In this document: piece after piece, positions 23,885 to 34,072 of the stretch
How the letters are laid out: every line of letters starts with the position of its first letter
Position numbering within the stretch: the first letter of the stretch is position 1
Source of the DNA: Candidatus Omnitrophota bacterium
GTDB lineage: Bacteria; Omnitrophota; Gorgyraeia; Gygaellales; Profunditerraquicolaceae
Length of the DNA stretch: 60,611 nucleotides
Reading direction: 5' to 3'
NCBI GenBank assembly: GCA_026387355.1
Contig: JAPLLW010000012.1
Span: 1 to 60,611, forward strand
The notes under the pieces: model-generated
Told to the model about the DNA's origin: nothing
The model's input: the letters and a program-made list of their open reading frames with translations, nothing else
Database searches by the model: none
Made by a program: the position numbers and the translations under genes

Positions 23885-26219
23885 ACTTTGGGAATTCACC
23901 GATAGTCTTGGGAGTTTCAAATCTGCTTACGCTGATAAAATCAAAAGTCTTTACCTGCCGCTTTGTAATGAGGCAGTAATGTCATCGCTAAGTGCTGATT
24001 TACATGGCGACTTAAAAAGCGGTCAGAGTTCATTTCTATTTGAGCCGGTTTCGCGCATAGACTTGGCCTCTTCCCGAGCTTCAAGAAATTTCTGGGTCTA
24101 CATTAATAAGAATAAAATTTGGTCAGCAACAGGTGTCTCTAAAGACTTAAAACAAATTAAAGAAGATAAATTTATCCTGGAGGCTGGTCTTCTTTGGCAG
24201 CAGATTACTAGAGTTAATAAATCAATTGGCTTAAAAGCAGAGATTCTTTCCTTTGTTCCTTCAACTGGAGAGCCGGTTGAGATAATGCAAGTTAGATTTA
24301 CAAATATGGGTTCAAGTAAAATACAGTTCACCCCAACAGCAGCTATTCCTATTTACGCAAGAGGTGCCAGTAATATCCGTGACCACCGTCATGTTACCTC
24401 GCTTTTGCAAAGAATAATCTTAAATAAATATGGGGTTATATCTAAGCCCACACTTAGCTTTGATGAGTCAGGGCATAGGTCGAATAAGGATTATTATTTT
24501 GTTTTGGGTTGGGATGAATCGGGAAAGGCCCCACAGTATATCTATCCAACCCAGGATATGTTTTGCGGTGACGTAGGCGACTTGGAAGCGCCGGAATGCG
24601 TTTTACAAAATAAGTTCCCTTTAAAAGAAAATATCCAAGGTAAAGAACCGATGGGTGCTTTGCGTTTTAAGGATGTGCAATTAGCTAAAGGGAAAACCCG
24701 AACCTATATTCTAATAATGGGTATTAGCGAGAGTAATGCGGATATTTCCAGGGTAATTAGAAATTTTAAAGATTTAAAGAAAGTTCAGCTATCGTTAAAA
24801 GAAACCAGGAAGTTTTGGATAGAAAAGTCAGATTCATTAAGTTTTTCCACTGGCGATAAGGAATTTGATAATTGGTTTCGTTGGGTGGGCATTCAGCCAT
24901 TTTTAAGAAAAATATTTGGTTGTTCGTTCTTACCGGATTTTGATTATGGTAAGGGCGGGCGCGGGTGGCGTGATCTGTGGCAGGATTGTTTGGGGCTAAT
25001 TTTATCCGGATCTAAAGATGTGCGCAGGCTCTTAATTAATAACTTCTCAGGGGTACGCGTCGATGGTTCTAATGCTACGATTATAGGGAAAAAGCAAGGT
25101 GAATTTATTGCCGACAGGAATGATATCTGCCGCGTATGGATGGATCACGGGATCTGGCCGTTACTAACTACAGAGTTGTATATTGAAGAAACTAATGATT
25201 TTGGTATTCTTTTTGAAAAAACCGGCTATTTTTGTGATCAACATACGGGGCGTTCGACTAAAATAAATTCGAAATTTAAGCCAAGTAATTACAAGGGGAC
25301 AATTTTGGAACATTTAGTCCTTGAGAATCTTACTCAGTTTTACAATGTGGGTGCGCATAATCATATACGGCTTGAGGGGGCGGATTGGAATGACGGATTA
25401 GATATGGCAAAAGAATTCGGCGAGAGTGTTGCTTTTAGCTGTATGTATGCGGCTAACCTCAAGAAATTGGCAAAGTTCTTACGGAATTCAGGTAGGCAAA
25501 AGATAAATCTTTTAGAAGAGATTAAAGTTTTACTTAAAGTTTGTAACTATAGTGATATAGCGGCTAAGCAAAGCATACTAAAGGATTATTTTGCAAGGGT
25601 TGGAGATGTCATAAGCGGTAAAGTTATTTCAGTAAATTGCGCTCAGCTTATTAATGATTTAGAGTCGAAGGCAGATTGGATGTTTGGGCATATCCGAAAG
25701 ACAGAATGGTTGTCCGAGGGGTTTTTTAATGGTTATTATGATAATAAGAAAAAGAGGGTTGAAGGTATGTTTGGCGGTAAAGTTAGGATGATGCTGGCTT
25801 CTCAGGTTTTTGCGATTATGAGCGGGGCGGCAGAATACTGGCAAGTAAAGAAAATTATTTCTAACGTTGAGAAATATCTTTTTGACCGTAAACTCGGCGG
25901 GTATCATCTTAATACTGATTTTGGTGCAGAAAAACACGATTTAGGCCGAGCTTTTTCTTTTTCTTATGGCGACAAGGAAAACGGTGCTATTTTTTCGCAT
26001 ATGGTAGTGATGTATGCCTATGCTCTATACCAACGAGGCTTTAACAAAGAGGCCCAAAAGGCATTAGATTCCCTATATAGGTTAAGCGTAAAAGACGTTA
26101 AAAGTAAGATTTACCCTTGTTTGCCGGAATACTTTAATCTCGAAGGAAGAGGTATGTATTCGTATCTTACCGGATCAGCTAGCTGGTTTGTGCTGACCAT
26201 GTTTAAATATAAGAAATAG
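23877..26219 (+). CDS. Large (alpha/alpha)6-barrel glycoside phosphorylase/hydrolase, GH94-like
   Basis: 780 aa. The RLEGADWNDGLDMA motif resembles the GDWND motif of cellobiose/beta-glucan phosphorylase families. Subfamily unknown. Confidence 0.5.
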   Translation: MHKLWEFTDSLGSFKSAYADKIKSLYLPLCNEAVMSSLSADLHGDLKSGQSSFLFEPVSRIDLASSRASRNFWVYINKNKIWSATGVSKDLKQIKEDKFILEAGLLWQQITRVNKSIGLKAEILSFVPSTGEPVEIMQVRFTNMGSSKIQFTPTAAIPIYARGASNIRDHRHVTSLLQRIILNKYGVISKPTLSFDESGHRSNKDYYFVLGWDESGKAPQYIYPTQDMFCGDVGDLEAPECVLQNKFPLKENIQGKEPMGALRFKDVQLAKGKTRTYILIMGISESNADISRVIRNFKDLKKVQLSLKETRKFWIEKSDSLSFSTGDKEFDNWFRWVGIQPFLRKIFGCSFLPDFDYGKGGRGWRDLWQDCLGLILSGSKDVRRLLINNFSGVRVDGSNATIIGKKQGEFIADRNDICRVWMDHGIWPLLTTELYIEETNDFGILFEKTGYFCDQHTGRSTKINSKFKPSNYKGTILEHLVLENLTQFYNVGAHNHIRLEGADWNDGLDMAKEFGESVAFSCMYAANLKKLAKFLRNSGRQKINLLEEIKVLLKVCNYSDIAAKQSILKDYFARVGDVISGKVISVNCAQLINDLESKADWMFGHIRKTEWLSEGFFNGYYDNKKKRVEGMFGGKVRMMLASQVFAIMSGAAEYWQVKKIISNVEKYLFDRKLGGYHLNTDFGAEKHDLGRAFSFSYGDKENGAIFSHMVVMYAYALYQRGFNKEAQKALDSLYRLSVKDVKSKIYPCLPEYFNLEGRGMYSYLTGSASWFVLTMFKYKK

Positions 26220-26342
26220 GCAATAACTTAAGGGCGTTGTTATTTCTAGAATCGAAATGAACAGTTTATCTTTAAAAGTTTATATTGAAGAGATTCTTCT
26301 TTTGAGGTATAATTAAAAAGCTATAATAAAAAAGGAGGGAGT

Positions 26343-26804
26343 ATGGTAAAAAGAATTGGTATTGCAGTGATTGGTTTGTGTATAGTGTTTATTTTTGTCT
26401 TAAAAGCTAATGCTCAGCAGAAAACGCAAGATATTAGCCCTCAAATTAAATGCGAGATTGCCAATTTAGAGAAGGCAAATAAGTTATTAGAAGAGCAAGG
26501 TAGGCCACTACATTCGCAAATTAAGCAAATCGAAGGACAAGCTAAGCCGTTGCATAAAGAATTGCGTTTGATTGAAGATGAAATGAAAGTTGATACAGAT
26601 AAGATTAAAAGTGAGGGTGAAAATGCTCAGCTTCGCAAACAAATTAAGCTATTAGAAGGGCAAGCTAAACCAATACGTTCTCAGATTAAGCAAGCTGAAG
26701 AACAGGCTAAGCCGCAACGAGAGAAGCTTCGCTTGATAGATGACGAAATAAAAGTTAATATAGATAAGATCCGTAGTCTGCGTGGAGAGCTTAAGGCAAA
26801 ATAG
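26343..26804 (+). CDS. Secreted coiled-coil protein with an internal duplication
   Basis: Signal peptide. GQAKPLHKELRLIEDEMKVDTDKIKS is repeated as EQAKPQREKLRLIDDEIKVNIDKIRS. Confidence 0.55.
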   Translation: MVKRIGIAVIGLCIVFIFVLKANAQQKTQDISPQIKCEIANLEKANKLLEEQGRPLHSQIKQIEGQAKPLHKELRLIEDEMKVDTDKIKSEGENAQLRKQIKLLEGQAKPIRSQIKQAEEQAKPQREKLRLIDDEIKVNIDKIRSLRGELKAK

Positions 26805-26857
26805 CAACAAACGCCAAAAGCTATATCGAGCGGAATTAGTTTGAGTAAGATAAAAAT

Positions 26858-26898
26858 AGGGCGCATCTATTTCAGAGAATTAGATGCGCCCTTTTTTT
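26858..26898 (+). terminator. Rho-independent terminator
   Basis: AGGGCGCATCTA (26858-26869) pairs with TAGATGCGCCCT (26881-26892), followed by T7. Confidence 0.85.
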
Positions 26899-26900
26899 GT

Positions 26901-26928
26901 TTGCTAAAAGGGATTTTTTTGCTATAAT
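26901..26928 (+). promoter_or_regulatory. Putative promoter of the purine operon
   Basis: TTGCTA (26901-26906), 16-nt spacer, TATAAT (26923-26928), about 30 nt upstream of purB. Confidence 0.5.
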
Positions 26929-26958
26929 AAAGTTCCTCAATTAAGAAAGGCAAGCTAG

Positions 26959-28254
26959 ATGATAGAGCGCTATAGTCTTCCGGAAATGAACAGTATTTGG
27001 CAGGATGAGTTTAAGTTTAAGACCATGCTAGATATTGAGATACTCGCCTTAGAGTCTTTTGCAAAGCAAAAGAAGATCCCGCTACAAGCAGTCAGAAGAA
27101 TCAAGCAAAAAGCCAGATTTAACCTCAATCAAATTAAGAAAATCGAAGAGAAGACACAACATGATGTGGTAGCTTTTGTCACCAATGTATCCCAATATAT
27201 TGGAGCAGATGCCAAATATCTGCATGTCGGGCTTACCTCATCAGATGTCTTAGATACTACGCTAGGCGTTCAGCTAAGCGCTGCCGCAGATATTCTAGTT
27301 GACGATATAAACCGTTTACTTAATGTTCTCGCTAAGAAAGCCAAGCTTTATAAAGATACAGCTTGTATGGGCCGTACCCATGGTGTACATGCCGAGCCTA
27401 CAACCTTTGGTCTAAAGCTGGCTCTTTGGTATGATGAGATGAAGCGCAATCTCAGCCGCTTAGAGCTTGCAAAAAAAGAGATAGCGGTGGGCAAGCTTTC
27501 CGGAGCCGTAGGCACATATTCTAATATTGACCCGCAGACTGAAGACTATGTGTGCAAGAAATTGGGGTTAAAGCCGGTAAAGATAGCTACTCAGATTATC
27601 CAAAGGGATATTTATGCTGTTTTTTTGGTAAGGTTGGCAATTATTGGCTCAAGTCTTGAAAAATTTGCTACAGAGATAAGGCATTTGCAGCGCACCGAGG
27701 TGTTGGAAGTTGAGGAGCCGTTTGGTAAAGGGCAGAAGGGTTCTTCCGCCATGCCGCATAAGCGCAATCCGGTAATCTGTGAGCGCATCTGTGGGTTGTC
27801 CCGCCTTTTGCGCGGAAATTCCCTTGCCGCTATGGAGAATATTGCTCTTTGGCATGAGCGTGATATTTCGCATTCATCAGTAGAGCGGGTAATTATTCCG
27901 GATTCTACAATAGCATTGGATTATATGTTGAATAAATTTATCCAGGTTATTGAAGGCTTAAATGTTTATCCGGAGCATATGATGGCTAACATCATAAAGA
28001 CCCGAGGTCTGATTTTTTCTCAACGCGTGCTCTTAAATTTAATGGAAAAGGGCCTCACCCGACTTAAGGCTTATGATTTAGTACAGCGGGCAGCGATGAG
28101 GTCATGGAAGCAGGAGATGGATTTTAAGACTAGCCTCATGCTTGAAACAGAAATCTTACGGTATTTAAGCGAGAGGGAATTAGATAAAATATTTAATTTA
28201 AATTATTACCTACGGCAGGTTGATAAGATTTTTAGAAAAGTTGGTTTATTATAA
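26959..28254 (+). CDS. purB: Adenylosuccinate lyase
   Basis: MIERYS..M..IW N-terminus and the signature GSSAMPHKRNP. 431 aa. Confidence 0.95.
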   Translation: MIERYSLPEMNSIWQDEFKFKTMLDIEILALESFAKQKKIPLQAVRRIKQKARFNLNQIKKIEEKTQHDVVAFVTNVSQYIGADAKYLHVGLTSSDVLDTTLGVQLSAAADILVDDINRLLNVLAKKAKLYKDTACMGRTHGVHAEPTTFGLKLALWYDEMKRNLSRLELAKKEIAVGKLSGAVGTYSNIDPQTEDYVCKKLGLKPVKIATQIIQRDIYAVFLVRLAIIGSSLEKFATEIRHLQRTEVLEVEEPFGKGQKGSSAMPHKRNPVICERICGLSRLLRGNSLAAMENIALWHERDISHSSVERVIIPDSTIALDYMLNKFIQVIEGLNVYPEHMMANIIKTRGLIFSQRVLLNLMEKGLTRLKAYDLVQRAAMRSWKQEMDFKTSLMLETEILRYLSERELDKIFNLNYYLRQVDKIFRKVGLL

Positions 28255-28288
28255 AGCTTTACCCACCCAATACCCCTAATTTATTATC

Positions 28289-31219
28289 ATGTTTTATAAA
28301 ATTGAGGTAAGAGAAAAATCCGGTATTTCTGATGGTTCGACTAAGCTCACCACTAATCTTGAGCGCAGTCGAAGGATTGACGCTGTTGGCGCAAGCGTCA
28401 AAAGCGATATCCTTGATTTTGGAATTAAGACAGTTAAGGATGTGCGCTTCATGCAGGTTTATACTATTGAAGGCGAATTGCCCGAAGAACAAATCAAGAT
28501 AATCTGCGAGGAGCTACTTACGGATAGAGTCTGTCAGGATTATTCAATAAACCCCGTAATTCAGAAGCCCAAGAAGGACGAATTCATACTCGAAGTAGCT
28601 TATAATCCCGGAGTAATGGATCCGGTTGAAAAGTCGACTTTAAAAGGAATAAGCGATCTGGGTATAGAAGGCGCTGAATCCGTTAAGACAGCCAGGAAAT
28701 ACATTATTAAAGGCAGGCTCTCCACAGCTCAACTAAAAACCATCTCTGAAAAACTGCTTTATAATAAACTTATCCAGCATATTGTTAAGCCGAGTGCCTC
28801 TGAGCATAAGGTTGACGAGGGGAGTGATTATCAATTTAATTTAGCGGTCGTAGATCTAATCGGCGCAACAGATGATAAATTGTTAGAGTTAAGTAAGAAG
28901 GGCCAGCTATTTTTGAATTTAACCGAAATGCGCACGATTAAGAAATATTTTAAATCGCTGGGTAGAAATCCTACTGATTGCGAACTTGAAACAGTCGCGC
29001 AGACCTGGTCTGAACACTGCTCGCATAAGACATTTAGGGGTAAGATTAAATATACCGAGAAGATTAAGTTAACTAAAACCAAATTAATCAACAACCTGCT
29101 TAAGTCAACAATAATGAAAGTAACTAAGGAATTAAATAAACCCTGGTGCGTATCTGTTTTTAAGGATAATTCCGGAGTAATCCGCTTTGACGAACTGAAT
29201 AATATTTGTTTTAAAGTAGAAACGCATAATCATCCCTCTGCTTTAGAGCCATTTGGAGGCGCAAATACCGGTATCGGAGGAGTAATCAGAGATCCTTTAG
29301 GAACGGGGCTGGGCGCAAAGCCTATTCTAAATACAGACGTGTTTTGTTTCGGACCGCCAGATTATCCCCTATCTAAATTACCGGTTGGCTCACTTCATCC
29401 TAAACGTGTAATGAAGGGGGTAGTAAGCGGGGTGCGCGATTATGGTAATAAGATGGGGATTCCGACAGTAAACGGGGCGATACTCTTTCATGAGAAATTT
29501 GTGGGGAATCCGCTTGTTTATTGCGGGACAGCCGGAATTATGCCTAAAGATAAATCTTTCAAGAAGACAAGTGTAGGGGATTTAGTGGTAGTTGTCGGAG
29601 GCAGAACCGGCAGGGATGGTATTCATGGAGCAACATTTTCATCCGGAGAACTGACGCATGAGTCAGAGACTATTTCAAGCGGAGCTGTGCAGATCGGAGA
29701 TCCCATCCAGGAGAAAAAGATGGTGGATACAATCCTGCAGGCGCGCGATAAATGTTTGTATAGCGCGATTACTGATTGCGGTGCAGGAGGGCTTTCAAGT
29801 GCAGTTGGTGAGATGGGCGCAGAGTTGGGTGTAAAGGTAGATTTAGATAAGGTTCCTCTAAAATACCGGGGTCTTACTTATATGGAGATTTGGATTTCTG
29901 AGTCGCAGGAAAGGATGGTTCTTTCTGTAGCGCCGGATAAGATAGATGCGCTTTTAGCAGTATTTGAGAGTGAAAATGTTGAAGCTGCGGTAATTGGTGA
30001 GTTTACTGATACTTTTAGGCTCGAGCTTTATTATAAAAATGATTTAGTCTGCAATCTGGATATGGATTTTTTACATGAAGGTTTACCTAAAATTGTAAAA
30101 GAGGCTCTTTATGTGCAGATAAAACACAGAGAACCTAAGATAAAATGCGCTAAAAACCTTAGTCCGATATTAAGTAGGTTGCTTTCCCAATATGATATTT
30201 GTTCTAAGGAATCGGTAATCCGTAGATACGACCACGAGGTTCAAGGCGGTTCGGTTTTAAAGCCTTTAGTGGGGATAAATAATGATGGGCCATCGGATGC
30301 TAGTATTGTAAAGCCGATACTGAATTCTTCAAAAGGAGTAATTGTCTCAAATGGAATAAATTTTAGATACGGTTTTATTGATCCTTACTGGATGGCTGCC
30401 GCTTGTATTGATGAAGCTTTGCGTCAGATTATCTGCGTGGGCGGGTCATTAAAACAAGTAGCAATTTTAGATAATTTTTGTTGGGGTAATCCGGATAAAC
30501 CGGACAGACTTGGGACTTTAGTGCGCGCTGCGTATGGCTGTTATGACGCTGCTAAGGGATTCGGCACTCCGTTTATATCCGGTAAAGACAGTCTTTATAA
30601 CGAATATAGCGAACATGGTAAATCCATGGCAATTCCGGGAACACTTTTAATCTCGGCAATTTCAGTTATGGATGAAACAGACAAGGCAGTTTCAATGTAT
30701 GCAAAGGAACCAGGAGATTTGGTATATATAGTAGGTGAGACTAAAGAGGAATTAGGGGGTTCGCATTATTATGATTTATTTGGGGCAATCGGCAATAATC
30801 TCCCAAAGGTAAATGTAAAGAAAGCTAAATCAATATTCGAGGCTTTAAGCAGGGCTTCGCAAAAAAGATTAATCCGGGCTATGCATGATTGTTCCGAAGG
30901 AGGTCTGGCAGTAACACTAGCTGAAATGGCTTTTTCCGGAGGTTTAGGTATGGAGGTATTTCTTTCCGAAGTCCCTTATTCCGGAGAAAATAGAGATGAT
31001 TTTGTTTTATTCGCAGAGTCAACTTCAAGATTTATTGTGGAGGTCCAGAAGAATAAGAGGTTTGAATTTGAGAGAGCGATGAAGGGTTTATCTTTTGGGT
31101 TAATTGGTTGCGTAAACTCAAAGAGGGATTTAATAATTCACGGTTTAGACGGAAAAACCTGTATAAAGAATGATATTAATAAGTTAAAAGAGATATGGAA
31201 GGAGCCATTGAGATGGTAA
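28289..31219 (+). CDS. purL: FGAM synthase subunit PurL with an N-terminal tandem PurS-like extension (PurS-PurS-PurL fusion)
   Basis: SEHCSHKTF, ETHNHPSALEPFGGANTG and other PurL motifs. The roughly 240-aa N-terminal extension has two PurS-like repeats (YKIEVREKSGISD...; FILEVAYNPGVMDP...). Confidence 0.9.
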   Translation: MFYKIEVREKSGISDGSTKLTTNLERSRRIDAVGASVKSDILDFGIKTVKDVRFMQVYTIEGELPEEQIKIICEELLTDRVCQDYSINPVIQKPKKDEFILEVAYNPGVMDPVEKSTLKGISDLGIEGAESVKTARKYIIKGRLSTAQLKTISEKLLYNKLIQHIVKPSASEHKVDEGSDYQFNLAVVDLIGATDDKLLELSKKGQLFLNLTEMRTIKKYFKSLGRNPTDCELETVAQTWSEHCSHKTFRGKIKYTEKIKLTKTKLINNLLKSTIMKVTKELNKPWCVSVFKDNSGVIRFDELNNICFKVETHNHPSALEPFGGANTGIGGVIRDPLGTGLGAKPILNTDVFCFGPPDYPLSKLPVGSLHPKRVMKGVVSGVRDYGNKMGIPTVNGAILFHEKFVGNPLVYCGTAGIMPKDKSFKKTSVGDLVVVVGGRTGRDGIHGATFSSGELTHESETISSGAVQIGDPIQEKKMVDTILQARDKCLYSAITDCGAGGLSSAVGEMGAELGVKVDLDKVPLKYRGLTYMEIWISESQERMVLSVAPDKIDALLAVFESENVEAAVIGEFTDTFRLELYYKNDLVCNLDMDFLHEGLPKIVKEALYVQIKHREPKIKCAKNLSPILSRLLSQYDICSKESVIRRYDHEVQGGSVLKPLVGINNDGPSDASIVKPILNSSKGVIVSNGINFRYGFIDPYWMAAACIDEALRQIICVGGSLKQVAILDNFCWGNPDKPDRLGTLVRAAYGCYDAAKGFGTPFISGKDSLYNEYSEHGKSMAIPGTLLISAISVMDETDKAVSMYAKEPGDLVYIVGETKEELGGSHYYDLFGAIGNNLPKVNVKKAKSIFEALSRASQKRLIRAMHDCSEGGLAVTLAEMAFSGGLGMEVFLSEVPYSGENRDDFVLFAESTSRFIVEVQKNKRFEFERAMKGLSFGLIGCVNSKRDLIIHGLDGKTCIKNDINKLKEIWKEPLRW

Positions 31220-31881
31220 GAAAAATGCATAAGATTATTATCAAGGATGATTTTACCCAGGAGGATCCCTGGCGAGTATTTCGTATTATGTCAGAGTTTG
31301 TAGAGGGTTTTGAGGTTCTCTCTAAGGTCGGTAAGGCAATTTCTATATTCGGTTCTGCGAGAACTAAGCCTGATACAAAATATTACAAATTGGGTGAAGA
31401 AGTTGCTTATCATATTGCAAAGGCAGGATACGCTGTAATTACCGGAAGCGGTCCAGGACTTATGGAGGCTGCGAATAAAGGGGCTAAGAGAGCCGGAGGG
31501 CATTCCATAGGATTGAATATTCATATCCCATGCGAACAAAAGCCGAACAAATACGTAGATACCTTGTTAGATTTTCGTTATTTCTTCATCCGCAAAGTAA
31601 TGTTTGTTAAATACGCCAAGGCCTTTGTGATTTTACCAGGAGGTTATGGCACCCTGGATGAATTCTTTGAGGCGATCAATCTTATTCAGACTGATAGAAT
31701 ACCAAAATTTCCGGTTGTTCTATTAAATAGCGAGTATTGGAATGGTTTATTGGATTGGTTAAAGAAGACCGTATTAAAAGAAGCCAACATCAGCCCAGAA
31801 GATCTGGATATCTTTACAGTTGTTGATGACCCTAAGGATGTGGTAAAGGCAATAAAGAAATTCTATGATAAAAAGGCCTAA
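31213..31881 (+). CDS. LOG/TIGR00730-family nucleotide phosphoribohydrolase-like protein
   Basis: ISIFGSAR, GSGPGLMEAANKGA and PGGYGTLDE motifs. ATG at 31213 lies 9 nt after AAGGAG. Confidence 0.85.
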   Translation: MVRKMHKIIIKDDFTQEDPWRVFRIMSEFVEGFEVLSKVGKAISIFGSARTKPDTKYYKLGEEVAYHIAKAGYAVITGSGPGLMEAANKGAKRAGGHSIGLNIHIPCEQKPNKYVDTLLDFRYFFIRKVMFVKYAKAFVILPGGYGTLDEFFEAINLIQTDRIPKFPVVLLNSEYWNGLLDWLKKTVLKEANISPEDLDIFTVVDDPKDVVKAIKKFYDKKA

Positions 31882-32647
31882 GGTTTGCGTAGTCAGGACA
31901 GCAGGGACTAATTGCGACAAGGAGACTGCGTTTGCTTTTTCTAAAGTAGGCGCCAGCTCTGAGCTTGTGCATATTAATAATTTAGTAAAAGGCAAGGTTG
32001 CACTTACGGATTATCAAATCTTAGTTTTTTCCGGAGGGTTTAGCTACGGCGATGATATTGCTTCCGGAAAAATATTTGCCAATGAGTTAAAGTGTAAGTT
32101 ATCCGAAGCGCTAAAGAAGTTTATTCAAGACGGGAAAATTATTATCGGTATTTGTAATGGTTTTCAGATTCTAGTTAAAAGCGGTCTACTTCCCGGTAAT
32201 AAAGAATTAAGCCAGGAGGCAAGTCTGATTATTAATGATTCCGGCAAGTTCGAAGACCGTTGGGTTTACTTAAAGAAAAATGGTAAATGTATCTGGACAA
32301 AGAATCTTTCCGAAATTATTTATTTGCCTGTTGCCCACGGTGAAGGCAAATTCATCGTCAAGGACAGAAAAACCTTGCAGAGTTTAAAAATTAATAAGCA
32401 GATTGTTTTTCAGTATTGCAACGAAAAAGGCGAGCTTATCGGTTATCCGGATAATCCTAATGGGTCAGTTGAGAATATCGCGGGTATCTCTGATTCGACG
32501 GGAAGAATCCTAGGGCTTATGCCTCATCCGGAGCGACACGTATCTAGTCAACAGCATCCGCGTTGGAGCTCTTCAGGTAAAAAGTTTGCAGGAGAGGGAT
32601 TAGCAATTTTTAGTAATGGCGTTGAGCATATTAAAAAACATTTTTGA
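31865..32647 (+). CDS. purQ: FGAM synthase glutaminase subunit
   Basis: GICNGFQIL (nucleophile Cys), HGEGKF and MPHPER motifs. Confidence 0.9.
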   Translation: MIKRPKVCVVRTAGTNCDKETAFAFSKVGASSELVHINNLVKGKVALTDYQILVFSGGFSYGDDIASGKIFANELKCKLSEALKKFIQDGKIIIGICNGFQILVKSGLLPGNKELSQEASLIINDSGKFEDRWVYLKKNGKCIWTKNLSEIIYLPVAHGEGKFIVKDRKTLQSLKINKQIVFQYCNEKGELIGYPDNPNGSVENIAGISDSTGRILGLMPHPERHVSSQQHPRWSSSGKKFAGEGLAIFSNGVEHIKKHF

Positions 32648-32659
32648 GAAAGGCTTACA

Positions 32660-34072
32660 ATGAGCGGAATTTTTGGTGTAATTGCAAAGAAGGACTGCAG
32701 TGAAGATCTTTATTACGGGACAGACTATCATTCGCATTTAGGTACACAGTTTGCGGGGCTTGCCGTATATGGTAAGGAGCTAACGCGTAAAATTCACGAT
32801 ATTCGCGGTAGCCAGTTCAAGGCAAAATTCTACGAGGATTACTTGAAGATGCCCGGGGATATGGGTATTGGCGTAATCAGCGCGCGTGACGAGCAACCGA
32901 TACTTATTAATTCCAAATTCGGCCCCTATGCGATAGTAACTAACGGTTTTATTGATAATGCGGATAAACTTGCGCGCGAGCTTTATAAAAAAGGAAAATC
33001 TTTTAGCGAGGTAACAGATGGAAGAGTCAATCTTACTGAGCTGGTTGCGAAGTTAATTATACAGGGTAAGAATATTACCGCAGGAATTGACAGTATGTTT
33101 AGTAAGATTGATGGTTCATGTTCGCTCTTATTGTTAAATAAGGATGGTATTTATGCGGCGCGCGATAGATTCGGATTTACTCCGCTGGTTATCGGAAGAA
33201 AGGGGAGTAGTTGGGCTGTCTCAACCGAGAGCTCCGCTTTTCTTAATCTCGGATATAAGATTGAGAAATTTCTTGAGCCGGGCGAGATTGTGCTTTTGAA
33301 TAAAAAGGGTTTAACTACGAAGAAGAAGGGCGGGAAAGTAAATCAGATCTGTTCTTTCCTCTGGATTTATGCGGGTTTTCCTGCCTCAAAATATGAAGGG
33401 TTGAATGTAGAGATGTCCAGGGAGAGAAGCGGCGCAACACTCGCCGAGGGAGATAATATTGAAGCGGATATGGCAGCAGGGATTCCGGATTCAGGTACGG
33501 CGCATGCTATCGGTTATAGTATGAAGTCAGGAGTTCCATTCAGGAGGCCGCTAGTAAAATATACTCCGGGTTTTGACAGGAGCTATACTCCTGTTTCTCA
33601 GGAGAGGCGCGACCTGATTGCCAAGATGAAATTAATTCCAATTCCGGAGATTATTAACGGTAAGCGTATAGTATTCTGCGATGATTCCATAGTGCGCGGT
33701 ACGCAGCTTAAGAATTATACAATTAAGAAGTTAAAGTTTCACGGGGCAAAGGAGATTCATTTAAGGATTGCATGCCCTCCGCTTATGTATCCTTGCAAGT
33801 TCAATTTTTCCACGCGTTCCATTAAAGAACTTGCTGCGCGTAAGGCGATAAAGGCGCTTGAGGGTAAAGATATAAAAAACGTTAATAAATATCTGGATGA
33901 AGATTCTGTTTGGTATAAAAAGATGGTTGAATGGATTAGGAAAGATTTGGGGGTAACTACCTTAAGATACCAGAAGCTAAATGATATGATCTCTGCTATT
34001 GGTCTCTCTAAAGATAAGGTATGTCTTTTTTGTTGGACGGGAATAGAGCCGAAAGGGTGCAAGAAATGCTGA
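32660..34072 (+). CDS. Amidophosphoribosyltransferase paralog lacking the N-terminal nucleophile Cys (Ser instead)
   Basis: Starts MSGIFGV where PurF has M-C-G-I/V. Retains the PRT motif RIVFCDDSIVRGTQ and the C-terminal CLFCWTG Fe-S-type cysteines. Confidence 0.75.
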   Translation: MSGIFGVIAKKDCSEDLYYGTDYHSHLGTQFAGLAVYGKELTRKIHDIRGSQFKAKFYEDYLKMPGDMGIGVISARDEQPILINSKFGPYAIVTNGFIDNADKLARELYKKGKSFSEVTDGRVNLTELVAKLIIQGKNITAGIDSMFSKIDGSCSLLLLNKDGIYAARDRFGFTPLVIGRKGSSWAVSTESSAFLNLGYKIEKFLEPGEIVLLNKKGLTTKKKGGKVNQICSFLWIYAGFPASKYEGLNVEMSRERSGATLAEGDNIEADMAAGIPDSGTAHAIGYSMKSGVPFRRPLVKYTPGFDRSYTPVSQERRDLIAKMKLIPIPEIINGKRIVFCDDSIVRGTQLKNYTIKKLKFHGAKEIHLRIACPPLMYPCKFNFSTRSIKELAARKAIKALEGKDIKNVNKYLDEDSVWYKKMVEWIRKDLGVTTLRYQKLNDMISAIGLSKDKVCLFCWTGIEPKGCKKC

